The notes under the pieces are model-generated. The model had not been told where the DNA came from, made no database searches, and saw only the letters and a program-made list of their open reading frames with translations. Below, in pieces: positions 49,079 through 58,701 of a DNA stretch of 64,000 nt. The translations under genes were made by a program, and so were the position numbers. This DNA comes from an uncultured Ilumatobacter sp. (lineage in GTDB: Bacteria > Actinomycetota > Acidimicrobiia > Acidimicrobiales > Ilumatobacteraceae): the NCBI RefSeq assembly GCF_938091165.1, contig NZ_CALKNK010000043.1; one strand, given 5' to 3'. The first letter of the stretch is position 1. The number at the start of each line of letters is the position of its first letter.

Positions 49079-49906
49079 TCAGCCGTTGAGGTTGCCGCTC
49101 CGAAAGCCTTCGAGGTCAAGCGTGACATAGCGGTAGCCAGCAGCCTGGACGGCTGCGACCACCTCGTTTCGTTGGGCGACGACGCCTGCGAGGTCATCAG
49201 GTTCGACTTCGATCCGTGCTGTGTTGCCGTAGTGGCGTACTCGCACCTGGGCGAACCCGAGCCGGTGTAGCGCTGCTTCGGCTCGGTCGACTCCGCTGAG
49301 GATGCCAACTGACACCTCGGTGCCGTACGGGATGCGCGATGCAAGGCATGCTGCGGCCGGCTTATCCCAGGTCCGCAGCCCGAGGTGCTGCGACGCGGAT
49401 CGCACGTCGGCTTTGGTAAAGCCAGCGTCGACTAGCGGAAACTGGGCACCGGCCTGCTTTGCTGCCTGCTGCCCAGGACGGTGATCGCCGAGATCGTCGA
49501 CATTCACACCCAGCACAACTGTCGCCTGAGCGATGCTGGCGATCGGCGTGACGACATCCATCAACTCGGCCTTGCAGTGGAAGCACCGGTCGATGTCGTT
49601 GATCCGGTAGGCGGCGCGTTCCATCTCGTGGGTGACGACTGGTGTCCATCGCAGGCCCCACTCTGCAGCAAGAAGACGGCAGTCTTCGGCTTCGTCGCCG
49701 GCAAGTGACGGCGATACGGCGGTGATGCAGTGCGTACCTTTCGTTCCGAGTGCACGATGGGCAGCGGCTGCGAGAAACGCCGAGTCGGCTCCTCCGCTGA
49801 ATGCGACGACGACGCTGCCGAATTCCCTCAGTTGCGCGTTGAGCGCCGTGACCTTGCTCGCCAGCTCCGGGGGCATCCCCACTAGTTCTTCGAGCGCCTC
49901 TGCCAC
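49079..49906 (-). CDS. larE: ATP-dependent sulfur insertase LarE
   Basis: PP-loop AFSGGADS, RCFHCK, DDLGDHRPG, WDKPAAACLASRIPYG, RVRH, GFRSG. Confidence 0.9.
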   Translation of the reverse strand: MAEALEELVGMPPELASKVTALNAQLREFGSVVVAFSGGADSAFLAAAAHRALGTKGTHCITAVSPSLAGDEAEDCRLLAAEWGLRWTPVVTHEMERAAYRINDIDRCFHCKAELMDVVTPIASIAQATVVLGVNVDDLGDHRPGQQAAKQAGAQFPLVDAGFTKADVRSASQHLGLRTWDKPAAACLASRIPYGTEVSVGILSGVDRAEAALHRLGFAQVRVRHYGNTARIEVEPDDLAGVVAQRNEVVAAVQAAGYRYVTLDLEGFRSGNLNG

Positions 49907-49968
49907 GCCAGCAGTATGCCCTGACTCTTTACGAACATTTTGTTTCGGTGAGCGGCGACAGCTTGAGT

Positions 49969-51900
49969 TCAGCCTTTGGCTTCTGCTTCAGCTTTGAGTT
50001 CGTTGTTGACCTTTTTAGCTGCACGGGCGCGGATAGTGGGATCCAGCTCTACTTTGCGGATGCGAATGTTGTGCGGCGTCACTTCAACGCATTCGTCAAC
50101 GCTGATGAATTCGAGCGCACCTTCGAGCGAGAGCAGTTTCGGCGGGGTGACCTTGACGGTTTCGTCGGACGACGACGCCCGAACGTTGGTCTGTTTTTTC
50201 TCCCGGCAGATGTTGACGTCCATATCGCCAGCACGAGAGTTCTCTCCAATGATCATGCCCTCGTACACGTCGTCGCCAGCTTTTACCATCATCACCGCAC
50301 GGTCCTGAAGGTTGATCATTGCGTAGTTGGTTACAGGGCCGATGCGGTCACTGACAAGCACGCCCTGTGCCCGGGCGCGGATCTCGCCGGCCCATTCCTC
50401 GTAGCCCTCAAAGATGTGGCTGATGATGCCGGTACCGCGGGTCTCGGTCATGAACTGGGTACGGAAACCGATGAGACCGCGAGCCGGGACGAGGTAGTCG
50501 AGGCGAACCCAACCGGAGCCCCCCATGTTCTGCATTTGCCCTTTGCGGGTGGCGAGCAGCTGCGTTACTGCGCCGAGGTACTCGTCGGGGACGTCAATCG
50601 TGACTCGCTCCACAGGCTCATGTATTTTGCCGTCGATTTCTTTGGTGAGCACGATCGGCTTGCCGACAGTCAGCTCGAAGCCTTCGCGTCGCATCTGCTC
50701 AACGAGGATCGCAAGCTGGAGTTCACCGCGGGCTTGGACTTCCCAGGCGTCGGGACGTTCGGTGGGCAGCACCCGGATCGATACGTTGCCGATGAGTTCC
50801 TGGTCGAGACGTGCTTTGACCAGGCGGGCGGTGAGCTTTTTGCCTTCACGGCCTGCGAGCGGCGAGGTGTTGATTCCGATAGTCATTGACAGTGCGGGCT
50901 CGTCGACGGTGATAAGCGGGAGTGCAACGGGGTTTTCGAGGTCGGCCAGGGTCTCGCCGATGAATATGTCCTCGATGCCTGCGATTGCTGCAAGGTCGCC
51001 CTGGCGGGCAGAACTGACTGGCACACGTTCGAGGTGTTGAGTCAGGAAGAGCTCGGCGATCTTGGCGCGACCAATTGTTCCGTCGACCTTGCACCAGGCA
51101 ACTGACTGGCCTTTTTTGATCTCGCCTTCAATGATGCGCAGCAGCGCCAGGCGACCAAGGTACGGCGAAGAGTCGAGGTTGGTGACCCACGCCTGCAGGG
51201 GCGCTCCTTCGGTGTAGGTCGGCGCTGGGATGCTCTCAAGGAGGACGTCGACGAACGGCGTCAGATCTTTGCCGACGGTTTCGCCCTTGACGATCGCGTG
51301 GGCTTCATCAAGGTCAAGCGTTGCCCAGCCGTCGCGACCGGAGCAGTAAACGATTGGGAACTCCACTTGGTCTTCGCGGGCATCGAGATCGAAGAAAAGT
51401 TCGTAGACCTCATCGACGACTTCGGCAGTGCGGGCGTCAGGACGATCGATCTTGTTGATCGCCAAAATGACTGGCAGGTCGCGGGCAAGTGCCTTGCGGA
51501 GGACGAAGCGGGTCTGAGGTAGTGGACCTTCAGCTGAATCGACGAGCAGCACGATGCCGTCGACCATTGTCAGGGCACGCTCGACTTCGCCACCGAAGTC
51601 GGCGTGGCCGGGGGTGTCAACGATGTTGAGGGTGATCTTTTCGCCACTGGCTTTGTCATCCCAGACCAGTGAGGTGTTTTTAGCAAGGATCGTGATGCCT
51701 TTTTCTCTTTCAAGGTCGCCGGAGTCCATGACTCGCTCGACGACTTCTTCGTGTGCGCCGAAGGCACCGGACTGCAGCAGCATGGCGTCAACAAGGGTGG
51801 TCTTGCCGTGGTCCACGTGCGCGACGATTGCGAGGTTTCTGATGTCGGTACGCGACGAGACAGCGCCCAAATCTGTGAGGGGGGTTTCGGTGGAAGACAC
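49969..51900 (-). CDS. typA: Translational GTPase TypA/BipA
   Basis: [42 protein letters not shown]-like, RGLIG. Confidence 0.97.
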   Translation of the reverse strand: MSSTETPLTDLGAVSSRTDIRNLAIVAHVDHGKTTLVDAMLLQSGAFGAHEEVVERVMDSGDLEREKGITILAKNTSLVWDDKASGEKITLNIVDTPGHADFGGEVERALTMVDGIVLLVDSAEGPLPQTRFVLRKALARDLPVILAINKIDRPDARTAEVVDEVYELFFDLDAREDQVEFPIVYCSGRDGWATLDLDEAHAIVKGETVGKDLTPFVDVLLESIPAPTYTEGAPLQAWVTNLDSSPYLGRLALLRIIEGEIKKGQSVAWCKVDGTIGRAKIAELFLTQHLERVPVSSARQGDLAAIAGIEDIFIGETLADLENPVALPLITVDEPALSMTIGINTSPLAGREGKKLTARLVKARLDQELIGNVSIRVLPTERPDAWEVQARGELQLAILVEQMRREGFELTVGKPIVLTKEIDGKIHEPVERVTIDVPDEYLGAVTQLLATRKGQMQNMGGSGWVRLDYLVPARGLIGFRTQFMTETRGTGIISHIFEGYEEWAGEIRARAQGVLVSDRIGPVTNYAMINLQDRAVMMVKAGDDVYEGMIIGENSRAGDMDVNICREKKQTNVRASSSDETVKVTPPKLLSLEGALEFISVDECVEVTPHNIRIRKVELDPTIRARAAKKVNNELKAEAEAKG

Positions 51901-52075
51901 GGCAGATCACGCTATCGACGTTTCACAACCGAACGATCGATGCGCCCGTGGTCACATGATGGCTCTGCGACGTCTGTTGCTGACGGCAAGGTTGGCGCCG
52001 ACGGCTGAGACGCTGGATTTGTCCGAGCGCGGTGAGGTCCCTCGGACTCGTACGACTGACGCATACGATGTGGTT

Positions 52076-52843
52076 ATGTCGGATCGGCTCGATGAAATCG
52101 ATGCCACTGCAGCGTCTCCGGAGACAGGCACGGACGGGGCGATTTCGTTGCCTACCGCAGGATCGTTTGAGCATGGATCCGACCTGAATCGTCAGCGGAT
52201 TCTCGCAGCTATCGGCGTGCTAGCAGTCGTTGCTGCTGCTGTGCTGGCCGTGCTGTGGGTATCAGCGTTGAGCAGCCGAGATTCTGCGGCATTGGAACGT
52301 GATGTCGCTCAGAGTGCTGTGACGGTGGAAACGGAGCGCACGGCTGATGCGCTGGACTTGCTTGAGGCAACGAAAGTCGACCTCGAAGCCGCTCTTGCGG
52401 ACAACGAGCAACTCGCCGCAGAGTTGGATGCAACCGAAGCCGATGCCGCCGAAGCAGCTGCGGCGGCAGCTCGAGCGGCGGAGGCCGAAGCGGCGCTTGA
52501 TGACATGTTCGTCGAGAACGAAACGTTGGCTACCGAGATCACGGCGCTCGAGACATCTCTTTCTGCCTTCCGAGATGCCTCTTCGGGCACTGTGTTCGAC
52601 ATCAACACTGCACCGGATCTGGCGCGTTACATCGGCGAGCAGCTCTCGTCATCGTCGCGGCCAACTGTGTTAGGCAACGCTCAGACTACGTGTCTTGGTA
52701 CTGCTGTGGTGAGTGACCTTGGCCTCGAAACCCTTGGGGCAGGCCTTGCGGCCGGAGCGTCAACGGACGAGAGAACAGAAGTTGTCGAGGCAATTGAACG
52801 GGCTGCTGCGGGTTGCAGCATCGATCCCAGTGCAATTTTTTGA
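52076..52843 (+). CDS. Membrane-anchored coiled-coil hypothetical protein
   Basis: ATG lies 6 nt after TACGAT. One TM helix, an Ala/Glu heptad region and a small C-terminal domain with 2 Cys. Confidence 0.7.
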   Translation: MSDRLDEIDATAASPETGTDGAISLPTAGSFEHGSDLNRQRILAAIGVLAVVAAAVLAVLWVSALSSRDSAALERDVAQSAVTVETERTADALDLLEATKVDLEAALADNEQLAAELDATEADAAEAAAAAARAAEAEAALDDMFVENETLATEITALETSLSAFRDASSGTVFDINTAPDLARYIGEQLSSSSRPTVLGNAQTTCLGTAVVSDLGLETLGAGLAAGASTDERTEVVEAIERAAAGCSIDPSAIF

Positions 52844-53269
52844 TCGGCGGGTCGAATCCGATCAGCGAACGTTGCACCTCAGCGGGAACCGCTGGGCGAT
52901 CGTGGGGTTGTTCGTTTCAACGTTTGGTGCGGTGTTTGCGGTTGAGTGTTCGTGACTCGGGCGTTGGGTTGACTCAGCACGTTTGCCAGCGTCATGTGAG
53001 TGACGTATGCGTTCCGCCCATAGCGCAACCGTCATGGTTTCGACCTTAGTGGCTGATTGCTACCCGGTTGATGCGTTCGTCACGAGTGTCAACGACGCCA
53101 CGCTAGGCGCCGTTGAGCGACAGGTCGTTCAACTTGAACGATCGTCATTCAAAGCTTTGGTCACACCTTGAGCGGAGCTCTCAACGTCCCCATGATTTTT
53201 GGTGCGACGTGGAGTTATCTCGTGTGCACACCAGCCGAGGTTTCGATCAGGTTGAGCTTCCCGCCAGAG

Positions 53270-53836
53270 TCAAGAAATTGGACAGGATTCTTCTACGAAA
53301 TTCTCATTGAAAACGCCGACGCACGTAACGGTGCCATTATTCGGAAACCCTCCTAGAAGTTGGGAGTTGACGACAATAAATTCGCTGTTGTCAAAGCTAT
53401 TCAAAGCTCCGTTCGGTCCGATGATTGTGGAGTCTCGAATATAAGTCACGGTTGTATTATCGACACTGGTGATCGCCTCGTCGTCCGACTCGACGGTGCT
53501 GTTGAGGATTTGCGCAACAGAGGTATCGACGAAGATTCCTTCGCTTGATGTTGTTCCTTTTGCAATGACTTCTGAGTTGGCGATTTCAAGTTTTGATTCC
53601 TCGTTAATGATGTCCGACCCCTCGCCGTTTGTGCTTTCACTTTCAACGTTCACGTATTCCATTGAAGGGGAGAAGTCATTTTGCTTTTGATTCGAATAGA
53701 CGCCAACGCAGATGTTGTCGCTTCTTGCTTCGATAGTCAGCTGCCTGATCTGACTGTTGACCTCGCCAAAAGAGATCGTTGAGCGATCACGGTCCTGGAA
53801 TTCCCCTGCTGGTTGGACGTAGATCCGGGTGTCGCG
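53270..53836 (-). pseudogene. 5'-truncated, lower-GC beta-helix-like secreted protein remnant
   Basis: The frame stays open ~58 codons upstream of the tracked ATG, back to a TAA at 53837-39, with no ATG/GTG/TTG start or signal peptide. Asn/Ser/Ile-rich rungs; visibly more AT-rich than the flanks. Confidence 0.5.
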
Positions 53837-53978
53837 TTACCCGTTTCAGTCAATGACGCTGGTCTCGGCACATCGACTTATTCGCAAGCGTCTATGCATG
53901 GGCGTCGTTGGGGTTGCCGGCATACCCTCGAGCCAGAAGCCAGCCTGCCAGTCGTTCAAGGTATGAATGGCCGCGAGT

Positions 53979-54785
53979 TCAAGAACCTGTGTAGCGGGCT
54001 GCGCGTTTGTCGACAAACGCTGCCACCGCTTCGGCGTGATCGTCAGTGTGAAAGCAGGTCATTTCCAATGCCATCGACACGTCGAAGCTTGAGAGTAACG
54101 CCTGTTTGATCTGTTGATTGATGCTGATCTTTGTTCCCTGCACAGCAAGCGGGGGTTGTGCTGCCAAGTCGTCAGCCCACTGCCGGGCGCTCGTTACAAC
54201 GTCAGCACGGTCGCACACCTCAACCGCGATACCAAGGCGGAGGGCCTCGTCGGCACCCAGCGGAAGCCCGAGCATGAGGTGACGTTTCGCTGCAAGCGGA
54301 CCGACGAGCAGCGGCCAGATTGCCGCTCCGCCGTCGCCTGCGACCAGTCCGACCTTCACATGCGGATCGATCAGCGTCGCAGTGTCGGCCATGACGATCA
54401 GATCGCACATCAATGCAATGGATGCGCCCAGACCGACAGCTGGGCCGTTCAGCGCACAAATGATCGGCGGCTCGATATCGAGCAGATCCCAGATGATTTG
54501 CTTGCCTTCGCGCCGCAGACGATTGAGGCGGTCAGGTGAGTTGAGTTGCGGGAACCATGACATATCTCCCCCCGACGAAAACGCGGGGCCGTGGCCTGTT
54601 ATGACAATGACTCGCGCTCCTACGATGAGCTCATCTTCACCGACAGCCAAGTAGCGGAACAGCTCTGCGAGTTCCCGGTGCAGCAGTTCGTCGACTGCGT
54701 TCATCGCCGATTTTGGATGGTCGATGGTGACGAGCACGACGTGTCCGTCGCGTTGAACGGTGATGGTTTCGAGGTCGACTCCCAT
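53979..54785 (-). CDS. Enoyl-CoA hydratase/isomerase family protein
   Basis: AFSSGGD, NGPAVGLGA, DPHVKVGLVAGDGG. Confidence 0.92.
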   Translation of the reverse strand: MGVDLETITVQRDGHVVLVTIDHPKSAMNAVDELLHRELAELFRYLAVGEDELIVGARVIVITGHGPAFSSGGDMSWFPQLNSPDRLNRLRREGKQIIWDLLDIEPPIICALNGPAVGLGASIALMCDLIVMADTATLIDPHVKVGLVAGDGGAAIWPLLVGPLAAKRHLMLGLPLGADEALRLGIAVEVCDRADVVTSARQWADDLAAQPPLAVQGTKISINQQIKQALLSSFDVSMALEMTCFHTDDHAEAVAAFVDKRAARYTGS

Positions 54786-54873
54786 GCCAGCGAACGTACC
54801 GTTGGTCCTCCGGGCCGCCCGTACCGGAGCGAACAGTCCATGCGATGCCAGTGGCGGCGATGACGAGTGCCGG

Positions 54874-56004
54874 TCAGAACATAGACGTATCAGTGTCCTG
54901 GCCGAGCAGCAGTTGGCCGATCTTTTCGTTCAGTTTCGGTGCAGTCTGGATGTGTTGGGTCACGACGTGGGCGTCGCGCAAGCAGCGGCCTAGCAGGCTG
55001 GTGTCATAAACCGCTGTTCCCCCTGCAAGCGTGAAGGCCTCGTCAGCGACCGCCACACCGACTGTTGCTGCGTGCGTTGCAGCAAGGCGGATCGCAGTCC
55101 GTTGTTCAAGCGTCACTGCTTTGTCCGCAGCGACCGTTGCCCATGCACCACCCACTTCGTCGAGCAGGAACGCCCTAGCTGAACGTAGCTTTGCCTCGGC
55201 GCGGGCCAGCTCGATCTGTGTAAAGGGGTTCTGCGCTAGCGTGCGCGACGAGTACTGCGGTTTCTTTCCTTGGGCAAGGTCTTTCAGCTCATCTAGTGCG
55301 CGTCGGCCTACTCCGAGTCCAACGGCGCTCACTCCGGCGGCGAGCAAGGTGAAGTTTGGGAAACGAGAAAGCGGCGTGTCGACAACTGGCGGAGTAACGC
55401 CAGGTTGCATTGTGTGACTCGCAGGTGCGAACGCGTCGGTCACGGAGTAGTCGAGCGACCCGGACCCACGCATGCCACCGGTGTGCCAGGTGTCGTGAAA
55501 GTCGACATCGTTTTGTGGAAACCAGCACAGCCGGAACGTGCCGTCGTCACAAAGCGCGCCCCCCAGCACCCACTTGCAGTGCTGCGTCCCGCTACCCCAC
55601 GCCCATTGACCGGTCACAGCGAAACCCGCGACGCCATCGCTTTTGGTTGATACACCAACGCCGTTCGGTGCGAATACTCCACCTGTGACGACCTGCGGGT
55701 CGCCGTAAATCGTTTGGGCAGTCTCTGTAGGCAGGAACGCTGCCATCGAAGATGTTGTTGATGCGATCATCGAGCACCAACCGGCAGCGCCATCACCGAT
55801 CGCCACGGCCTCGATTGCCTCGATCAACGTCACCGGGTCAGCCTCAGGGCCTCCGTACGCAGACGGAGTGCACATGCTCATTAGACCAGCGTCGGTCAGG
55901 GCTTCAACAACCGGGGCGGCCAGTCGGCGCCCTTTCTCACTGGCTTCCGACTGTTCCTCAATTAAGGGGCGAAGTTCGCGTGCTCGCTCGACGAGGGTGG
56001 CCAT
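54874..56004 (-). CDS. Acyl-CoA dehydrogenase-fold flavin-dependent hydroxylase (HsaA/PigA-like)
   Basis: P..YGG.E, GWC, GQWAWGSG, DTWHTGGMRGSGS, RCLRDAH...QH. ATG at 56004 follows TACAGT. Confidence 0.85.
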   Translation of the reverse strand: MATLVERARELRPLIEEQSEASEKGRRLAAPVVEALTDAGLMSMCTPSAYGGPEADPVTLIEAIEAVAIGDGAAGWCSMIASTTSSMAAFLPTETAQTIYGDPQVVTGGVFAPNGVGVSTKSDGVAGFAVTGQWAWGSGTQHCKWVLGGALCDDGTFRLCWFPQNDVDFHDTWHTGGMRGSGSLDYSVTDAFAPASHTMQPGVTPPVVDTPLSRFPNFTLLAAGVSAVGLGVGRRALDELKDLAQGKKPQYSSRTLAQNPFTQIELARAEAKLRSARAFLLDEVGGAWATVAADKAVTLEQRTAIRLAATHAATVGVAVADEAFTLAGGTAVYDTSLLGRCLRDAHVVTQHIQTAPKLNEKIGQLLLGQDTDTSMF

Positions 56005-56254
56005 GATTGAACTGTACGCAAAACACCTCGTGCCGTCAGATCCTGCCCCGGCACGGCTCTGAGACATTTCTGACAGCTTCGACATTGTGGTGCCAGGCCA
56101 GCGGACCGACCCGTTCCTCCGTAGCCACCCAGACACCAGTGCCACCCGGTGGATCGAATCACTGTGAGATACGACGTCTGAACACTCGCCGATGGCTGCC
56201 ACTTAGACCGTCTGATGCAGGGACCCCCGTCATGGGTGGTTACCGTCGCTCGAC

Positions 56255-57913
56255 GTGAGCAGACCCGTAGATGCGACTACCACCGACAGCGCGAGAGGTT
56301 GGAACTTCGCTGACCTCTGGGAGGTCATTGCCGCTCAACTCGGTGACGCACTCGCCCAACAGCAGGGCGACCGACAGATTACATGGGCAGAAATGAACCG
56401 CCGCGCTAACGGCGTAGCTCAGGCATTGCTTGATGCTCCCAACGTCGCCGAGCAAGACAAGATCGCGCAGTACCTCTACAACTGTCCGGAGTACCTTGAG
56501 TCGACGTTCGCTGCATTCAAGGCCGGCTTCGCCACCGTCAACACCAACTACCGATACGCAGCGGACGAACTCGTCTACCTCTGGGACAACGGAGACGTCA
56601 CTGCAGTCGTGTTCCACGGCACCTTCGTTGACCAGATCGAGGCAATCCGTCACCGAGTACCTCGGATCTCCACATGGCTGTGGGTTGACGATTCCTCCGG
56701 GCCCTGCCCTGACTGGGCAACGCCGTACGAGACTGCGGCAGCATCGGGTACTGACGTCAACGTTGCTGGGCCGTGGGGCCGTTCCGGCGATCACCTCATG
56801 CTCTTGTACACCGGTGGGACCACGGGAATGCCGAAAGGCGTGATGTGGCGCCAGGACGACCTCTTCGGTGTATTGGATGCCAACAACCGCAAGCGCATGC
56901 CGCCCGAACAGGACCTCAATGCCATCGAGGAACGCGTGAGTCGACCAGGCCCACGCAATATGCCCGGAGCGCCGCTCATGCACGGCACCGGGCTCTTCAA
57001 CGCGATCAGCAATCTGATGGTCGGCGGCAGCGTCACGACGATGACCGGCCGACACTTCGACCCAGCTGAGTTCCTCGACACCGTGCAGCAATACGGCGTC
57101 AACTCGACGTCGATCGTCGGTGATGCCTTCGCCAAACCGATTCTGCGCGCTCTTGACGCCGAACCCGACCGATGGGACATCTCATCGCTCAGAGTCATCG
57201 TGTCGTCCGGCGTGATGTGGTCCAAGGAAAGTAAAGACGGCCTGCTCCACCACAACAACCGGCTGATCATGGTCGATGCGCTGGGCTCGAGCGAGGCGAT
57301 CGGCATGGCGACGAACACCACGACCTCCGAATCGAGTGGGAAGACCGCGAAGTTTGAACTCGGGCCAAACACTCGCGTGATCACCGACGAGGGAACGGAC
57401 GTCGTGCCCGGCTCCGGCGAACTCGGCCGCGTCGCTCAGCGCGGGCGCACCCCGGTCGGCTACTACAAGGACGACGCCAAGTCGGCGCAGACGTTCGTGA
57501 TGATCGATGGCGATCGATACTCGATTCCAGGCGACTATGCGACCGTTGAAGCCGATGCCACCGTCACGTTGCTCGGCCGTGGCAGTCAATGCATCAACAC
57601 TGGCGGCGAGAAGGTGTACCCCGAAGAAGTTGAGGAGTGCCTGAAGCTGCACCCGTCAGTCGCCGACGCAGCCGTGGTTGGGCTTCCCGACGACAAGTGG
57701 GGCGAGGCGATCAACGCCCTCGTCGAGCCGCACGCTCACGCAACAATTGATGCAGCTGAACTCCGCAACCATGTCAAGGCCCATCTCGCCGCCTATAAAG
57801 CACCAAAAGCGGTCTTCACGATCGACTCTGTCAGCCGCGCTGCCAACGGCAAACTCGACTACAAGGACCTCAAGCGCATCGCCACCGATTGCGCAGCTGA
57901 GCAGACACCATGA
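56255..57913 (+). CDS. Acyl-CoA synthetase (FadD19-like)
   Basis: NTNYRY, YTGGTTGMPKGVMW, PLMHG, IVGDAFAKP, GRGSQCINTGGEKVYPEEVE. Confidence 0.9.
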   Translation: MSRPVDATTTDSARGWNFADLWEVIAAQLGDALAQQQGDRQITWAEMNRRANGVAQALLDAPNVAEQDKIAQYLYNCPEYLESTFAAFKAGFATVNTNYRYAADELVYLWDNGDVTAVVFHGTFVDQIEAIRHRVPRISTWLWVDDSSGPCPDWATPYETAAASGTDVNVAGPWGRSGDHLMLLYTGGTTGMPKGVMWRQDDLFGVLDANNRKRMPPEQDLNAIEERVSRPGPRNMPGAPLMHGTGLFNAISNLMVGGSVTTMTGRHFDPAEFLDTVQQYGVNSTSIVGDAFAKPILRALDAEPDRWDISSLRVIVSSGVMWSKESKDGLLHHNNRLIMVDALGSSEAIGMATNTTTSESSGKTAKFELGPNTRVITDEGTDVVPGSGELGRVAQRGRTPVGYYKDDAKSAQTFVMIDGDRYSIPGDYATVEADATVTLLGRGSQCINTGGEKVYPEEVEECLKLHPSVADAAVVGLPDDKWGEAINALVEPHAHATIDAAELRNHVKAHLAAYKAPKAVFTIDSVSRAANGKLDYKDLKRIATDCAAEQTP

Positions 57914-57945
57914 CGCGGGCGGGCGGTCGCGCATAGCCTCAGCGA

Positions 57946-58701
57946 ATGGATCGAGTGACGGCATCCAACTTCACGTGGACCGACTACGCGGGCGCGCTGT
58001 TTGACCTCGACGGAGTGATCACGCCGACCGCTGAGATTCATGAGCTCGCATGGGGCGAACTCTTCGCCGCCTACGACTTCACACAGGCCGATTACCTGCA
58101 CCACGTTGACGGCAAGCCCCGCTACGACGGTGTCCGTGACTTCCTCGCGTCACGCGGCGTCACTCTTGCCGAGGGAACACCCCACGATACGCCTGGCGAT
58201 GAAAGTGTCTGCGCGATGGGCAACAGGAAAAACGAGCTGTTCAACATTATTCTTGAGCGCGACGGCATAGCGGCCTACCCCGGTTCTCAGGCCACTGTCG
58301 ACTTGCTTGCCGAAGCGGACATTCCGAGTGCCGTCGTGTCGTCTTCGAAGAACGCCGTGCCCGTGCTCGCTGCTGCTGGTCTGAGTAGTCGTTTCGATGT
58401 GGTCGTTGATGGCACCGTTGTCGCCGATAAGGGTTTGGCTGGCAAGCCAGCGCCCGACGGATATTTGCTCGGCGCCGAACGCCTTGGCGTCGAACCAACG
58501 CGGACAGTTGTGATCGAAGACGCAACGTCGGGAGTCGCCGCTGGAAAGGCCGGCTGCTTCGCCGTAGTCATCGGTGTTGATCGTGGCGCAGGGGTCGAGG
58601 CGCTCCTCGACAGCGGCGCAACTTTTGTCGTCAACGACCTCAACGAACTCCTTCCGTGCGCCGATAACGATGCCGCCGCGATCAACGGCACCGCACGATG
58701 A
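57946..58701 (+). CDS. Beta-phosphoglucomutase family HAD hydrolase
   Basis: FDLDGVIT, DGKPRYDG, SSSKN, GKPAPD, EDA; overlaps the GH65 start (ATGA). Confidence 0.9.
   Translation: MDRVTASNFTWTDYAGALFDLDGVITPTAEIHELAWGELFAAYDFTQADYLHHVDGKPRYDGVRDFLASRGVTLAEGTPHDTPGDESVCAMGNRKNELFNIILERDGIAAYPGSQATVDLLAEADIPSAVVSSSKNAVPVLAAAGLSSRFDVVVDGTVVADKGLAGKPAPDGYLLGAERLGVEPTRTVVIEDATSGVAAGKAGCFAVVIGVDRGAGVEALLDSGATFVVNDLNELLPCADNDAAAINGTAR

Noticed and set aside
51554..52075. N-terminal extension of the 429-aa ORF
   Set aside because: It overlaps typA antisense. A better start is ATG 52076, preceded by a TACGAT box.
52950..53110. Possible IS terminal repeats (GTTGACTC / TGTCAACGAC)
   Set aside because: The matches are too short, with no transposase frame or target-site duplication.
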